From the human T2T-CHM13v2.0 reference genome, Homo sapiens, in NCBI RefSeq assembly GCF_009914755.1, contig NC_060929.1: a stretch of 64,000 nucleotides of DNA. One strand, written 5' to 3'. Below, piece after piece: positions 1-16,804 of this stretch. The notes under the pieces are model-generated. The model made no database searches and was not told the origin of the DNA. It worked only from the letters and a program-made list of their open reading frames with translations. The translations under genes were made by a program, and so were the position numbers. Positions within the stretch are counted from its first letter, which is position 1. The number at the start of each line of letters is the position of its first letter.

Positions 1-2114
1 CAGCACACCGGGGGAGGGGGACGGGAGGCGAGAACTAAGGCTTTTTAAGAATGTGTTGATGGAAGTATGTGCCTAGATCAAAAGAATAATCCCCCCGGAC
101 TCCAGTGTAAGATCAATTACTGTTGGAATATTGTGTTCCTTTCTAGATATCACATTTTAAGCAGACTTTGGCCAAGTAGTACAGTGTTTGCAGGAGCAGT
201 AACAAGATGGTGATAACTTTGAAAATACTTCTCAAAAGAAAAATAAAAAAGAATTAGGGAAGTTCAGTCTGGAGATAATTCAGAAATACAGATGATAATT
301 GTTTTCAAATTCTTGAAGGAAATGGGAGAGAGAATAGGCTAATTCTGTATTGCTTCAGAAACCAAATGGAAACAATTAAATTCCATTAGAGAAACGGTTG
401 GAAAATATGAGGAGGATTTAGTTCAGTACGAGGAAGCTGTTTCTAATACTTTTTGTTGGTTAAAAATACATTCCGCTGCTGTGGAAAGCCTGTAGCTGCC
501 AGGAGTGTTACAGAGGGCATTCCTCCCTTGAGTTGACATTTGTGCCAAACCGGCTTTTAGGGCTTCTCCAGCTTTTAAGATGCGATAATGATAAGATGAT
601 CATCGGGAAAACATCCCTCAGATGAAACGTTCACAGGCTGGCTCTGAAAACTGGCATTCAGATGATTGCGGCTCCCCCATACTGTAGGAATATTGTTTAT
701 GGCTTAAGGTTGCCTCGCTCCTCATCTGTAATCAGTGAAAGTTTATCCAGAGGTTAATTACCGGTTTTCTGGTGGGTATCTGGGAACTGAGGATGGGAGA
801 TTAACTGTTGTATATGACCATAGTAAAGCAAAAGACTGTTAGAGAATGAGTAAACGTTCGTTTTCCTCCCTACAGAATTTACAGTTACTCTCTGTCCATT
901 CCACTCACTACTGTCTTCATCACACACACAGAGGCAAACGTCTGATTCAGATAGCCAGGTGTGCCATGCATGCACTCCACCATATTGTGATCTCTTCGAG
1001 GCTTGTTTCTGTCCCCTGTCCTCCACAGTCCTGGATTGTTAATGAATAGTTCATACATGTTTGTTAAATAAATATACCTTCTTTAAAATTATCTTTTGTT
1101 ATAAAGATGCCTTTTTCTATGGTAACTGCAAAATACCTAATTTGTAACTAAACCTAAAACTATGTGGATAAGTTATTTCTACACCTGCGGGGGGCAGATT
1201 TCTACATGAGAGTCCTTTCTTAGTGTACTGAGAGTTTCTGCATGAGGTAAATGAAAGAAACATGTTTTTTGTAAAAAAAAAAAAAAAGAAAAGAAAAAAA
1301 TTGGCAATGGAGAACGTTTCTAAAGCTTCTCAGCTTCTCCCTATGATTATGTATTGAAACCTCGGAATTTGTTCATCTGGTTTTCTTGGGGGGTCTATGA
1401 AAAGGGCAGAGCAAGCAGATGTCCCATGATTGCCCTGAAATTATATTAGATATGTTCGTGTGCATGGATACCTGCATTTTTCTAGGGATAGAGTCCTTAG
1501 CTTTAATCAGAAGAAATTAAGAACTACTGTCTTTAAAAATGTGCTTTCAAACATTTGTTTTTTGAATTCATTTCAAAGACTCTAACGTGCCCATTATGTG
1601 TCAGGCGCTGTGCTTGGCAATGAGGATACAAAAAGACACCCCAGAACTGGAGCTGCTCACAGTGGAGTGGAGAAGGCAAATGAGTTCATAATTTATTGGG
1701 ATAAATTATAATAGAAAGGCATGTATCCAAAACTTTTCTGTGTTTTCCCCTCAACCCTGGTTGACTCCACTATACAATTTGACTGTGGTGCCACAAAATT
1801 TTACATAGTTACCACGCCACCTGCCACCGCAGGCTTCTATTTTTAACAAAATAATTGCTTTTCTCTTTTCAGCATTTCAGGAGTGGGACCAAATGGTGTT
1901 CTATATCTGGTATATCCAGGAGTTTCTTAGATCTGGTAGTTAAAGGGCTTATAAAAAAGAGATGAAAATGTTCACTTTGCCACTTTTGTGCAAGTGGTTA
2001 TAAATTGACAGCCATTAGAAGAATGATGTGGGACCCCTTTTAAGCTGATATGTATTAGATAGCCAAGAGGCATTGGTACATCCTATAAGTCTAGAAAACA
2101 GGTTGTTAAAATAA

Positions 2115-2312
<198 letters not shown>

Positions 2313-3672
2313 TAATAATTTCCATTACCACCAGTAAGAGCCAAAAAAAGCACCCTAGCATTTCAACCTCTTACTGCCTATTTGTGACTTCTTTATGTAG
2401 GGATAGAAACTGACTAAACAGATCAATGGAAGACTAAAGAAGCCTCAGGGCTCCAAGGTTCAGACAAAGACTGGGGCTGGACTTTAAACTTACACTCCAT
2501 TCCCTTCTGTTTCTTTAAATAATCATCTGCTTCTCAGAAATCCTTGTTTTAGTCTATCAGACCTATATATTTTATTTTCTTGTCTTTTACTTATTCATGT
2601 AATTATTTAAATTTTTGATGAGATAATACATTTGATGAGAGAAAGTGGTAGGAGTGATTCCAGACAGGAATTTTCTTTCTCTTTTAATGATTGGATGGAT
2701 AGGTCTTAAAAGGAATGTAAGACTTTATTCCAGAACAAAGCAGTCATCAGTCCCTTTGTATTCAGGGCAAAGTGGGGAAAACCAAAAGATACATTTTGTC
2801 CTCCCTGTTCCAAATCAGATGCCTTTCTATGGTCTTCAACATTTGTGTGACTGACAAGTGGGACTTCTGTTGTAATTCACAATGCAATCACTGTTCTCAA
2901 CATGCACATGGCCCACTCTGTCTCAGCTTCAATTATAAAATCTTCAGCCAGAGGCTATTATCCTCTGTTTTGTTCAGTCAGCGAGATAGCCAGTGAATTT
3001 CCAACTGAGATCAGGTGGCAGGAGAAAAATTTCTCACACTTCATCTATCAAGCCGTTATAGACCCCGGTATATTTCCTCCACTGGGGGGTCCTGATAGGG
3101 AAGTTTTTCTGAAGTCATTTGGGAAGGTGTCCTAACATTGCATTTCCATTCCTAATTCCACCTTAGGTGAGGGCAGGGAAATAATAGCTTAAGAAACCGT
3201 AAATTCACAGAGCTCCATCCTCCTGTTTCATTATTTTCATGTCACTAATTTTTCAGTAGATAAGCTACATCCTGTGGTCTACCCAGCCATGTGAAGCATT
3301 TCTTTCTCTCCTGCCCACCCTTCCTTTCTCCCCAAAGTCCAATTAAATAAATGAAAGATTCTGGGCAAATCTCTCCAAATCCCAGCAGGAACACAACAGA
3401 AGTCTGAGGCAAAAAACATAGTTAGTGAGGCCATGGACAACAAATCTAGGTGCTTTTTAATTTGGGAGTGGGGGATTGGAGGCTTTTCTGTGAAACACCC
3501 TAGTTTTAAATTACAGTCAGTGTCCCAGTGCCTGCCAGCTAAATGAGAGGTTTGGAAGGATTAGGGTAAGAGTAGACTATATATAACCACTTCTACAAGT
3601 AAATGCCTTTTAATTTTTTTCTAACATAAATATTGCAGGAAGAGTAAATGCCTTTTTTAAATGTCTGTGCAA

Positions 3673-4306
<634 letters not shown>

Positions 4307-5047
4307 TTAATGGGGAGGTGGGGGAAAAGCCAGTTAAAGTCAACTTGTCTTATAAGGGTGGTGAGTATTTGTGTTAAGGCATACAAAAACCTGATTAATT
4401 CCTCTGTCTACCTAGTAAGTTTCTTAATACCCTATCAGAATTCAGCTGGAGCACTAGTAGAGCAACACACTGTTTTCTCTTGTGCCAGTAGACAAAATGT
4501 CAGAACGCCTGCTGCATTCCTCTGGGATAATAGAAATGAAGTCATTACGTTAGAAAGTGGATCATGTGCCCAGGATACACTTCTCTCACCCTGAACCCAG
4601 TGACTCTTTCCTGGGTTAAAGTTACTGATCTGGTGGCAGATGCAGTTCTGGTAGCCAGAAGAGGGTGAGACAGAAGAGCCACTTAAGGAACATTGAGGTT
4701 TTATGATATTTGAAATGGCAATGACAGATTGGTGTGGTGGCTGAAGTACAGATGTGCCTATCAGAAGGTGAACACCAAGAGGGAAGTGTTAGGACAGAGA
4801 GCCAAGAACTTGATTGCTGGCAAGTGCTGGCTTGAACAAGGGCAATTGCTGGAATCTAAGAGGGGTGCTAATATTCAAGAGAAGAAGGTGTCCAGTTTCA
4901 GGGCTCTCCTTGATTAGCAAACAATTGTTTTGTAATTCAAGGTGACTAGAAGTTTTACTTTTCAAAGGTACTGTAAGAGACTGTCTAACCTCCTCCAAAG
5001 GATTTTCAGGACTTGTTAACCATGAATAATAAAAGGTATGAGTTCAT

Positions 5048-5354
5048 GGCCAGGTGCGGCAGCTCACACCTGTAATCCTAGCTCTTTGGGAGGCTGAGGC
5101 AGGTGGATCACTTCTGCCCAGGAGTTCGAGACCAGCCTAGGCAATATGGTGAAACCTTGGCTCTACTAAAAATACGAGAATTAGCCAAGTGTGGTGGCAC
5201 GTGCCTGTAGTCCCAGCTACTTGGGAGGCTGAGGTGGGAGGATCACCTGGGCTTGGGAGGTCAAGGCTATAATAAGGCAAGATTGTAGCACTGCACTCCA
5301 GCCTGGGCCATGACAGTAAGACCCTGTCTCAAAAAAAAAAAAACAAAATAAAAT
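5048..5354 (+). mobile_element. Alu
   Basis: Dimer with TSD aaaaggtat(g/c)agttca at 5031-5046 and 5355-5370. Confidence 0.95.
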
Positions 5355-5569
5355 AAAAGGTATCAGTTCAAACAAAACTCCTTAAAACTACTTTATTACC
5401 TCTTATGTATAAAAACTTTTGTAGTCATGTTTTAATGGAATATTACCAAAGTTGACCTTTATTGTGCCTGTCAGAAAAATCTGGCTGTTATCTTGGGTTC
5501 CTAAAGGAAGAAGTAATAGGAGCTGTTTGGCAGACTTGACAACAGTTTCTAACATTTCTAAACAGTCTA

Positions 5570-5875
<306 letters not shown>

Positions 5876-7049
5876 CACAGAAGGACAAATTGTTTGGCTC
5901 AACCCTCTAGAAACCATAACAATATAAATAACTCTCCCCAGTGAATTGTTTCTGTCTTAAATCTTGGAAATAATCATTTTTATCGTGATTTTTATCATTT
6001 TTATCTTGAATATTTGTTTCCACAAATCTCACCCTCTTCCTCCATCCTCTTATACACATTCTCACACCACGTTCTTTAAGCAAAGAAAATATACTTTCAA
6101 GCTAAGTGTTTCTTTTGATGCTAAGACACTTAACAGTGGGGAAAGCAAAAGAAATAAATGCTTATTCCTTTCCCATCTGGATTTTACAAAGCAAACTGCA
6201 GGAGAAAACAATACAAGCTCAGTCAGTATGCATTTTATTTCCTCCTGCCGCTCTCTCACTCTGCTTGGGATTAAATGTTCCCTTAGTCCTCAACCAAAAT
6301 GGCAATATGATCTCATGTTTGTTTATTGTGTTGTCTTTGTATTTCCTAGGTCAACAGGGTGCAAATTTTGATTTACTGATGTAGCTTCTCTCCCCAAACA
6401 CAGAGAAATTCTTCAGGGAGCTTGCTGTAAGCATATCCAAGTGCAGCTGAATCTCACAGGTAGACATTATATAAAAATAGAGTAACACTTTAAGATGCAA
6501 AAGTGGCATCATTCAGTAGTGCCATCTCTGCACTCCAGGTGCAAGTCCAAGGATTCTACCAAACAGGGTTGCCAAATACTAATTAAACTAATTGGTTATC
6601 AATGCTGTTCTTAAATGTTATGATCCTGGGGTTTCTACAATGAGAAGAAAAGGGGATGCTTTCCATTCCCCTTACAAAACGCATAAATTCTATTATGTAC
6701 TCTCAAATCAGCAAGAAATTACCAAGAAAAAAATTATCTTGTCTGAAATAACAATTTGGAGAGAAAATGACCAGTATCTGTATATGTGTATTTATTTCCT
6801 TTTATCTTGTCATTTCTCTATGTCCAATACATAATAAACTTTAAAAAACAGGCTAACATATCAAGATGAAGAGATTCATTATAGCCACTATGATTTTCTA
6901 TGATAAAAGAAAAAAATTTTTTCAATACACTAAAATGGGATAAGCTCAACAGACTAGAGAGTTTCAAATGCATAGGAAAAGGAAATAAAAAGAGATAAAA
7001 GAAATTATAATACTTCTGAAACCAGCAATGTGATTCTGCTTCACACTCA

Positions 7050-7575
7050 TGCAACTGGCAGCAATCTAGCTACTAAGGCTGAAGATGAGCACACCCAGTA
7101 GTTCCACTCCAAGATATGGACCGCCAAACAAACTTCTACATGGACACCATGAGATATCTACTACAATGTTCACAGTAGCTTTGTTTACAATGGCAAAGCA
7201 TTGAAAACCACCAAAGCATCTATCAGCAGAAGAGTGGATAATGTTTATTTGAACAATGGGCTGTATTGTAATTAAGATAAGGGAACTAAAGCTCCATGTA
7301 TCAATGTAGATACAACTCAAGAGCAGTGTTACAATGCCATTGCAGAAGGGTTCGTTCAGATTGCCCTTTATTTAAGTTAAAAATATATATGTAATATATA
7401 TATTCAAAATAATGATGTATCTTTGGTGGAGCTATACATACTAGTATAAAAACATCCACATGAAAATGGATAATAAATTCAAGGCTTCCTCTGATGAGGG
7501 AGAAAGGAGAATAGGATTCAGAAGAGATATACAAGGAGCTGAAACTACAACTACAATAAATGTTTTTATTTAAAA
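7050..7575 (+). mobile_element. Old L1M 3' region fragment
   Basis: Degraded L1M 3' motifs such as caatgttcacagtagctttgtttacaatggcaaag. Confidence 0.6.
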
Positions 7576-7586
7576 ACCCAATGCAA

Positions 7587-7880
7587 GGCCAGGTGCGGTG
7601 GCTCATGCCTGTAATCCCAGCAGTTTTGGGAGGCCAAGGCAGGCAGATCACTTGAGGTCAGGAGTTCTAGACCAGACTGGCCAACATGGTGAAACCCCAT
7701 CTCTACTAAAAGTCCAAAACTTAGCCATGTGTGGTAGCGGGTGCCTGTAATCCCAGCTACTCCAGCACGAGAATAGCTGGAACCTAGGAGGTGGAGGTTG
7801 CAGTGAGTCTAAATTGCACCACCACACTCCAGTCTGGGCAACAAAGCAAGACTCCATCCAAAAAAAAAAAAAAACAAAAA
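7587..7880 (+). mobile_element. AluS-like
   Basis: ggccaggtgcggtggctca start, A-rich linker, A tail. Confidence 0.95.
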
Positions 7881-8379
7881 ACCCCAAATATGTCAGTATG
7901 TTAAAGATTTCTTTAAGCTTTTGTTTTTTATTGTTTGATCTTTTTACCATTTTTAAAAATGCTTCTGAGTGATTTATCAGAACGTGTCTTTCAAAGCACA
8001 TTTTTTTAAACCAGAAATCCATCTGACTTCTATCATGCAAAACCCAGGCATATGGGATTCCCACATACAGTTGTTTCTAAAGACTACCCCTTGGATGTCC
8101 CCCATAAAACCCAAAAATGAGCATCCTAATCTACTGAAAATCTAAAATAATTGAAGTCATCACACAAGAAGCATAGAAGTTAGGTGGCCTGCCTCCTGCC
8201 ATTTTGATTATTCTGAAACACCTTTTCTTGCTCTGGGCATTAGTGCTTTGAGCAGAGGGAGATCCCTGGGCTTAGCCTCAAGAGTTGGGTTAGACTCCTG
8301 ACTGCTCCTTCCCGGGTTGTAGTGCTCAATCAGCATTCATTATCATTCCCTTTTTCCTCCTTCCTAACAGAGCCTTAAT

Positions 8380-8681
8380 TTTCTTTTTTTCTCTTTTTTC
8401 TTTTTTTTTGAGACAGAATCTCGCTCTGTTACCCAGGCTGGAGTGCAGTGGCATGATCTCGGCTCACTACAACCTCTGCCTCCCGGGTTCAAGCCTCAGC
8501 CTCCCGAGCAGCTGGGACTACAGGTGGGCACCACCATGCCCGGCTAATTTTTGTATTTTTTGGTAGAGACAGGGTTTCACCATGTTGGCCAGGCTGATCT
8601 CAAACTCCTGACCTCAAGTGATCCACTCACCTCAGCCTCCCAAAATGCTGGTATTACAGGCGTGAGGCACCACGCCTGGCC
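8380..8681 (-). mobile_element. AluS-like
   Basis: Reverse Alu dimer flanked by repeated agagcctt. Confidence 0.95.
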
Positions 8682-8759
8682 AAGAGCCTTTATTTTCATT
8701 AAGTATCCCAAGTCATCTAAGGATAATTTCATGCCTCTTGCCAATAATTGATTCAGGAA

Positions 8760-9062
8760 TAGGTACGTGAATTAATCAAGGGCAGTGATAGGTGAGGAGA
8801 AGTTTGCTAAGGACTTTAAAGGAAAGTTTCCTAGTTTTCAAGAAAAAGCTACAGAAAGAAACAATCTCTTCCTCTGGCATTATTGTGTGCAGATTTGAGG
8901 CCCAGAACTAGAGAAACAGAGTCAGCGCAGCTAGGTATGTCAGCCCTGAAGACCACCTCTCACCTCTGAAGGTTCACACAAGTGAGCCAATATCTTTCTG
9001 CATTATTTAAACCAGTTAAGATAGATTTTTGTTAGCTGTGGCCAAAGACATTCTAACTGATA
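8760..9062 (+). mobile_element. Old MaLR LTR fragment (MLT1J/K-like)
   Basis: MLT1-type 3' end ...ttgttagctgtggccaaagacattctaactgataca. Confidence 0.55.
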
Positions 9063-9244
9063 CATACATACATGATTCAGCTTCTGCAGTTGTCAGCAGG
9101 TATATTAATTTCTGCCTTGCTAGTTCCTTCAGTGGTTTTGGAAAGCAAAATGATTCAGTGCATGTGAATGTGCTTTGTAAACTGTAAATTGCTATTCAAG
9201 GGCAAGCTGTTACTATTAGTAATAATTTTGCTACTAAGTCTTAG

Positions 9245-9714
<470 letters not shown>

Positions 9715-11074
9715 CAGATACAAATTTTAATTCACTATATAAATTGTATGTCTTAGAATGTATTTAACTCATTTATTTTAAATTGATACTTCCAGTGACC
9801 TTATGAGCACTTACATATCATCATTTTACATCATATAAAGCAGTTATATATTTATAGTATCTGTTGAGGATATTTTCAGCAATTAGTTTTTATATAAAGG
9901 CCCTAAGGCCTTTTGAATAGCCATTATGTTAAAGGGTTAAAAAATGTCCACAAAATAGGGTCTTCTTACCTAAAAACTGATCTTTAGCATATCCTCTGTG
10001 TCAGTATCTACATTTGTAAGGAGGGTTTTCATAAAAATTAAGGGAGACAGTACATGTGAGGTACTCACAGCAGGACCTGAAACATAGTTACCAGCAGAAT
10101 AATAACAGTTCGACCTAACACTATGTTCCAGGGATGTTCTAAGAACTTCACATTAATCGACTGGTACTGCAGAACTGTATTCTTGTTCTATTGCATTTTT
10201 AAATTTTTAAAATAGCTTTATTGCTTAAGGAAAAATGTCACATTTTTATTATTTAGACAAGATTGGGCGTGCTGAAGGTATTATGGCTGTAGACACATTT
10301 TTATTATTTAAAAAATTCAAATACAGAAAAGTATGAAGATGAAATGAAAGTCACCTCAAATTCCATCTTGTTACTTGTAGGCTGGATAAGCAACCAGGCC
10401 TTTGTGTTTACTAAGGCAGGTACACATATGTATACACACATATACACACAAGTATATATATGCACTTATAGTGTATATGTGTGTGTATATATATACATAC
10501 TTATGCATACATAAGTTATTTCCATATGTACTATATACATGTCTATTTTTAGTTGGACAAAAGGAAAAACTGGCATTATTTTTTAAATTATAGTTGATTC
10601 CACATCCTAGGGTATGAAAGAAGCCAGATTTTTCATATTGTTTGGGATATTGCTTGTAAGTGGGTAGGGTCTAGTTAGGCAGCAGATACTTAAATACATA
10701 TTTACTTAAATAAGGTCATACTGTCTTTTTAAATGCTCTTAATTTTTTTAAAATTTAAAGTAGCCCTTTAGTCACATAACACATCGCTATGATTTTTTAC
10801 ATCATAATTACTTACTTCTACCCAATTTCTCTTGTTTATTTATTATTCTCCCTAACAGCTGCCTTTTTTCTTTTATAAAAAAAATTTTTTTTTTTTTTGA
10901 GACAGGGTCTCACTCCATCCCCAGGCTAAAATGCAATGGTGTGATCGTGGCTCACTACAATCTCAAACTCCTGGGCTCAAGTGATCCTCACAGCCTCCTG
11001 AGTAGCTGGGATTATATGCATACACCACCATACCTGGCTAATTTTTTCTTATTTTGTACAGACAGGTTCTCCCA

Positions 11075-12135
<1,061 letters not shown>

Positions 12136-12736
12136 TGCAGCAGTCGTATATTTTATGTCAATTTATATTCTCCAGCACCTAGTATAGTCATGCTCCATAA
12201 ATATTTGTTAAGTGATGAATGAATCTGTATTTGAGCTATACACAAACAAATGAAACAAGAAGAAAGTCACACAGCCTCATCTGTACTAAGGAATCAATAC
12301 CCGCTGTCTTAGGCCATTCTTGCCATTGCTATAAAGAAACACCTGAGGCTGAGATTTTTTTTAACACTTCAGCAATTTGTCTAAGGTCTCAGCATTTGCA
12401 AAGTGGCAAAGTTATAATTCAAACTCAGGTGTGTCTGATTCCCAAGCTTGTCTTCTTTGTATGAGGTTATGCTGCCTACCCTAAGCTCTGCCGTCCCTCG
12501 TTTCCATAACTGGCCCCACTGAGTTCTTCACCATAGGACTCAGTCTCACTATTTTCAGATTATTCTCAGATTTATACATCTCTGGGACAGGCAATACATT
12601 TTTGGCTATGTCTTTCTCCAATTTTCGAAGTACAAGGCAAATAAACACAGTGTGTTTCCTAGGACAAGAGTCATTACCTCTCAGAAGCTTGGATTCCAAA
12701 TCTAAAATCATATACTTAACTGATACTCAATGACAA

Positions 12737-13110
12737 TGTGATTGAGAGTTCTATTTGTCAACTTGTCTAGGCTATATCGTACCTAGCCATTCAACCAAAC
12801 ACTGTGTCACAACCAAAGATGGTGTTGTGAAGGTATTTTGCAGATGTGATAAATATCTACAGCCAGCTAACTTTAAGGAAAGGGGATTATCCTGGATAAT
12901 CTGGGTAGGATAAATCCAGTTCGTTGAAAGTCTTTAAGAGTAGAATTCAGGTTTCCCTAAGGAAAAAAGAAATTGTGTCTATGGACCAAAGTGTCCGCCT
13001 CTGCCTGAGAGTTTCTAGCCTGCCGTTCCTGATGGCCTGCCCTGCACATATCAGACTTGCCTACCTTGCCCCCATAATCACAGAAACCAATTCCTCACAA
13101 TAAAGCTCTT
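12737..13110 (+). mobile_element. ERVL LTR (MLT2D/E-like)
   Basis: MLT2-type 5' tgtg...tgtcaacttg.ctaggcta and 3' ccaattcc...aataaa followed by a simple repeat. Confidence 0.65.
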
Positions 13111-13112
13111 TC

Positions 13113-13162
<50 letters not shown>
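13113..13162 (+). repeat. (TC)n(TG)n compound microsatellite
   Basis: Read directly from the sequence. Confidence 0.95.
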
Positions 13163-13166
<4 letters not shown>

Positions 13167-13957
13167 TTCTGTGTGTGACACAAAAAGCACCCAGGAGTGC
13201 TGAACAAACATGATTTCTTCCAACTATTAGTGTCCTGATGATAACCCCTGGGGCTAATTAGTCCCCAAGTATTCACATTGTTAACTGGATAGAGTGTCTG
13301 CAGGGACAAACCCTAGAGCCCTGGATGATAGATATGTTACCATCTCTTCCCTCTCCCTGCCTCTGATGGAGTGGGCTTTGTATTGATCTCTACACCCAAC
13401 TTATCCCAGACTTAACCCTGGCCCTATCTCTCCAACACTTGCCTCATATTTCACCCTTTAGCCTGAGTCCTGAGTGATAAGTACCATCTGACTTTCCTAC
13501 TACTGTGCCCAGCCTAATTTAATGGAAACCCAGTGGTTACCATTTCTGGAATTGAAATGTGTGTCCTTTAGACGCTTCAAGCGTGGCTCTGCCTGTCCCA
13601 GCTGCTTAGGCTTCTGGAGTCGTCCTTGGGAGCCAGGTCCATCTTACTGTCCAACCTTGATGGGCAGCTCTTAAGCCATCCCCATCTCACCAATTCCATG
13701 CAGCCACCAACAGAGCATCCTGCTTCCTAATCATTGCACAAGCCATGAAGGATGGCTAGAACGATCTATTCCAGCTAACCATGAGTAACCCAGCCATGGA
13801 ACATACAGCCTTTTCCAAAAACGAGTAGAACCTAGTTTTCCAAAGCTGAGCTTGAAAATATTCGGCATGTGTTTGTGTGGTACATTCCCAACTTTGTGAC
13901 TGAAGTTTCAGAAATCAAATTCACTTTCACCTAGCTGTGTTGCTATGTTATCTATAG

Positions 13958-14267
<310 letters not shown>

Positions 14268-14857
14268 CTGTCTACTCTTAAATATCCATGAGAATGGGAG
14301 ACTGTGGAGCAGATATAGAGTCTTAAAAAAATTATTCATTTTAGTCATGAATTCAACTTCCTTCACCACAAAAACTTAGATCCAAGTTGTGAACAACTAC
14401 CAAGAATGACCAATCAGGGATTCCTTTTATCTCCTCACTTCTCCCCTGATGAAAGCATGTAAAGCAGTGATTGAAAGCCAACTACAAAAAGGGAGACATC
14501 CTCATTATTCCTAGACTTAATGGTGGAGATTTCTACAGACAATGGTTGTATTCTTGGCCACATCATTTAACATCCTTGAACTTCATCCAAAACTGGAAGG
14601 AACTGGACTTTTTTTCCAAGGTCCCTTTTGCCACTGAAGTCCCATGAGCCTTGAGAATCAAAGTACTGTTGAGATGTCCATTCACCCAAGGAAGGAGGAG
14701 ATAAGGGCAGGCAATCAGAAGTCCTGTTTGCATGAGGTTCTCCTAAGCTCCATAGGCAGTGGCAGTGGGCTAATCGGTAAAAATATGGCCAGTACAACGT
14801 GAAGGCCCACTGCATATAATGGCAGGAAGAACTCACTCACTTTCTCTTTCCAGAAGA

Positions 14858-15165
14858 TTTTTTTTTTTTTTGGAAACAGGTCTTGCTCTGTGGCACAGGC
14901 TGGAGTGCAGTGGTATAACTGGCTCACTGCAGCCTCCATCTCCCAGTCTCAAGTGATCCTCCCACCTCAGCCTCCCAAGTAGTTGGGACCACAGGCATGG
15001 GCCACAACACCACAACACCCAGTTTTTTTTTTTTTGTCTTCTAAATTTTGTACAGACAGCATCTCATGCTTCCCAGACTGATGCTGAACTCTTGAGCTGC
15101 GGCAATCCTCCTATCTTGGCCTCTCAAAGTGGTAGGATTACAGGCGTGAGCCACCATGCCCAGTT
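14858..15165 (-). mobile_element. AluJ-like
   Basis: Degraded reverse Alu dimer. Confidence 0.9.
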
Positions 15166-15975
15166 GAAAGTAAGTTGAACTAAGCAGAATTGGGCTTTGA
15201 ATAGTGAAAAGGAACTGGAACAGTGTTTGCTGTTGTTTTATTTTTCTAATGGTGGTGGAAGGGACGATGCTACAGGGTAGACTTCTAAGTTCTGGATGCT
15301 GTCAGAGTCAGACAGAGAATCAGGCAGCTGCTGAGATGCCTGGGTCTTATGGAGCCCGGGCAGAAGCCCATCCTGCCCAGGTCTGTTGTGACCCGGCACT
15401 CTTGTCAGTATCACTTCGTGCTCACCCCAGCCCCACTCAAGCACCATCGGTCCACCTTAGTTTCACCTCGTCACTGCATCAGCAAAAGGGATTTTGGGAC
15501 TGAGAATAAAGTTCTCCCATTAGGAGAGATGAAAGCTGCTCCAACTCTGAGGAGAGAGTCCCCGAAAAGAACAGAAACTTACCATCAGATTGAAGAGAAG
15601 GGGACGTGTTCCTTTTGCGACCATGAGCTGAGGTTGTTGAGCATGCCTGAGAGAGTGGTGCAGACTAGGGTCACAGGAATAGTGACCCCCCTCTAGCCCA
15701 GAACCTGATGAAGATAAATCTCTCCGTGTCTATAAGGATCTGGCGCAATCTGGAGAAATAAGGGTCATATGTAAATAAACCTAATTGGATTGAAGGGAAC
15801 TGAGAGGATAGAAGTTAATTCCTGTAAATTTGGATTGATGCCACTAATACCTCCCAATGTAGGCCAGACCATGGGCAAGAGAATATGAATTGAGATGAAT
15901 CTAAGTTTTCTGTTTTTTAAAGGCTTTAGATAGTTTTCTGACAAGTTAGATCTTCCTTAGTCATAATAGATATAA

Positions 15976-16735
15976 GGCCAGGCATGGTGGCTCATGCCTG
16001 TAGTCCTGTTATTGGAAAGGGGTTCTTATCCAGACCCCAAGAGAGGGTTCTTGGATCTTACACAAGAAAGAATTAGGGGCCAGTCCACAGACTAAAATGA
16101 AAGCAAGTTTATTAGGAAAGTAAAGGAATAAAGAATGGCTACTCCATAGACAGAGCAGCCCTAAGGGCTGCTGGTTGCCCATTTTTATGGTTATTTTTTG
16201 ATGATATGCTAAACAAGGGGTGGATTATTCATGCCTCCCCTTTTAGACCACATAGGTATCTTCCTGACGTTGCCATGGCATTTGCAAACTGTCATGCTGC
16301 TGGCAGGAGTGTAGCAGTGAGGACAACCAGAGGCCACTCTCATCGCCATCTTGGTTTTGGTGGGTTTTGGCCAGCTTCTTTACTGCAACTTGTTTTATCA
16401 GCAAGGTCTTTATGACCTGTATTTTGTGCCAATCTCCTATCTCATCCTGTGGCTTAGAATGCCTTAACTGTCTGAAAATGCAGCCCAATAGGTCTCAGCC
16501 TCATTTTACCCAGCCCCTTTCCAAGATGGAGTTGCTCTGGTTCAAATGCCTCTGACAATCCCAGTGTTTTGGGAGGCTGAAGTGAGAGGATTGCTTGAGC
16601 CCAGGAGTTTGAGACCAGCCTGGGCAAGATAGCAAGACCCTGTCTCTAAAAAAAAAAAAAAAAATTAGCCGGGCATGGGGAGCTATGATCCTCCCACTGC
16701 ACTTCAGCCTGGGTGATAGATTGTCTCTTAAAAAA

Positions 16736-16766
<31 letters not shown>

Positions 16767-16770
16767 ACAA
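15976..16770 (+). mobile_element. Alu split by MER41A; (TAAA)n tail
   Basis: Alu 5' end at 15976-16006 resumes atcccag at 16558. Confidence 0.88.
16007..16557 (-). mobile_element. MER41A solo LTR (ERV1)
   Basis: TG...CA ends, about 550 bp; minus strand starts TGTCAGAGGCATTTGAACCAGAGCAACTCCATCTTG as in recalled MER41 consensus; 4-bp TSD gtcc/atcc. Confidence 0.9.
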
Positions 16771-16804
16771 ACGAATACATACCTCTATGTAGAGAACAAT
16801 TGTT

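Noticed and set aside
10-29. G-rich tract as a promoter or G-quadruplex
   Set aside because: Short, at the window edge, and not part of a CpG island within the window.
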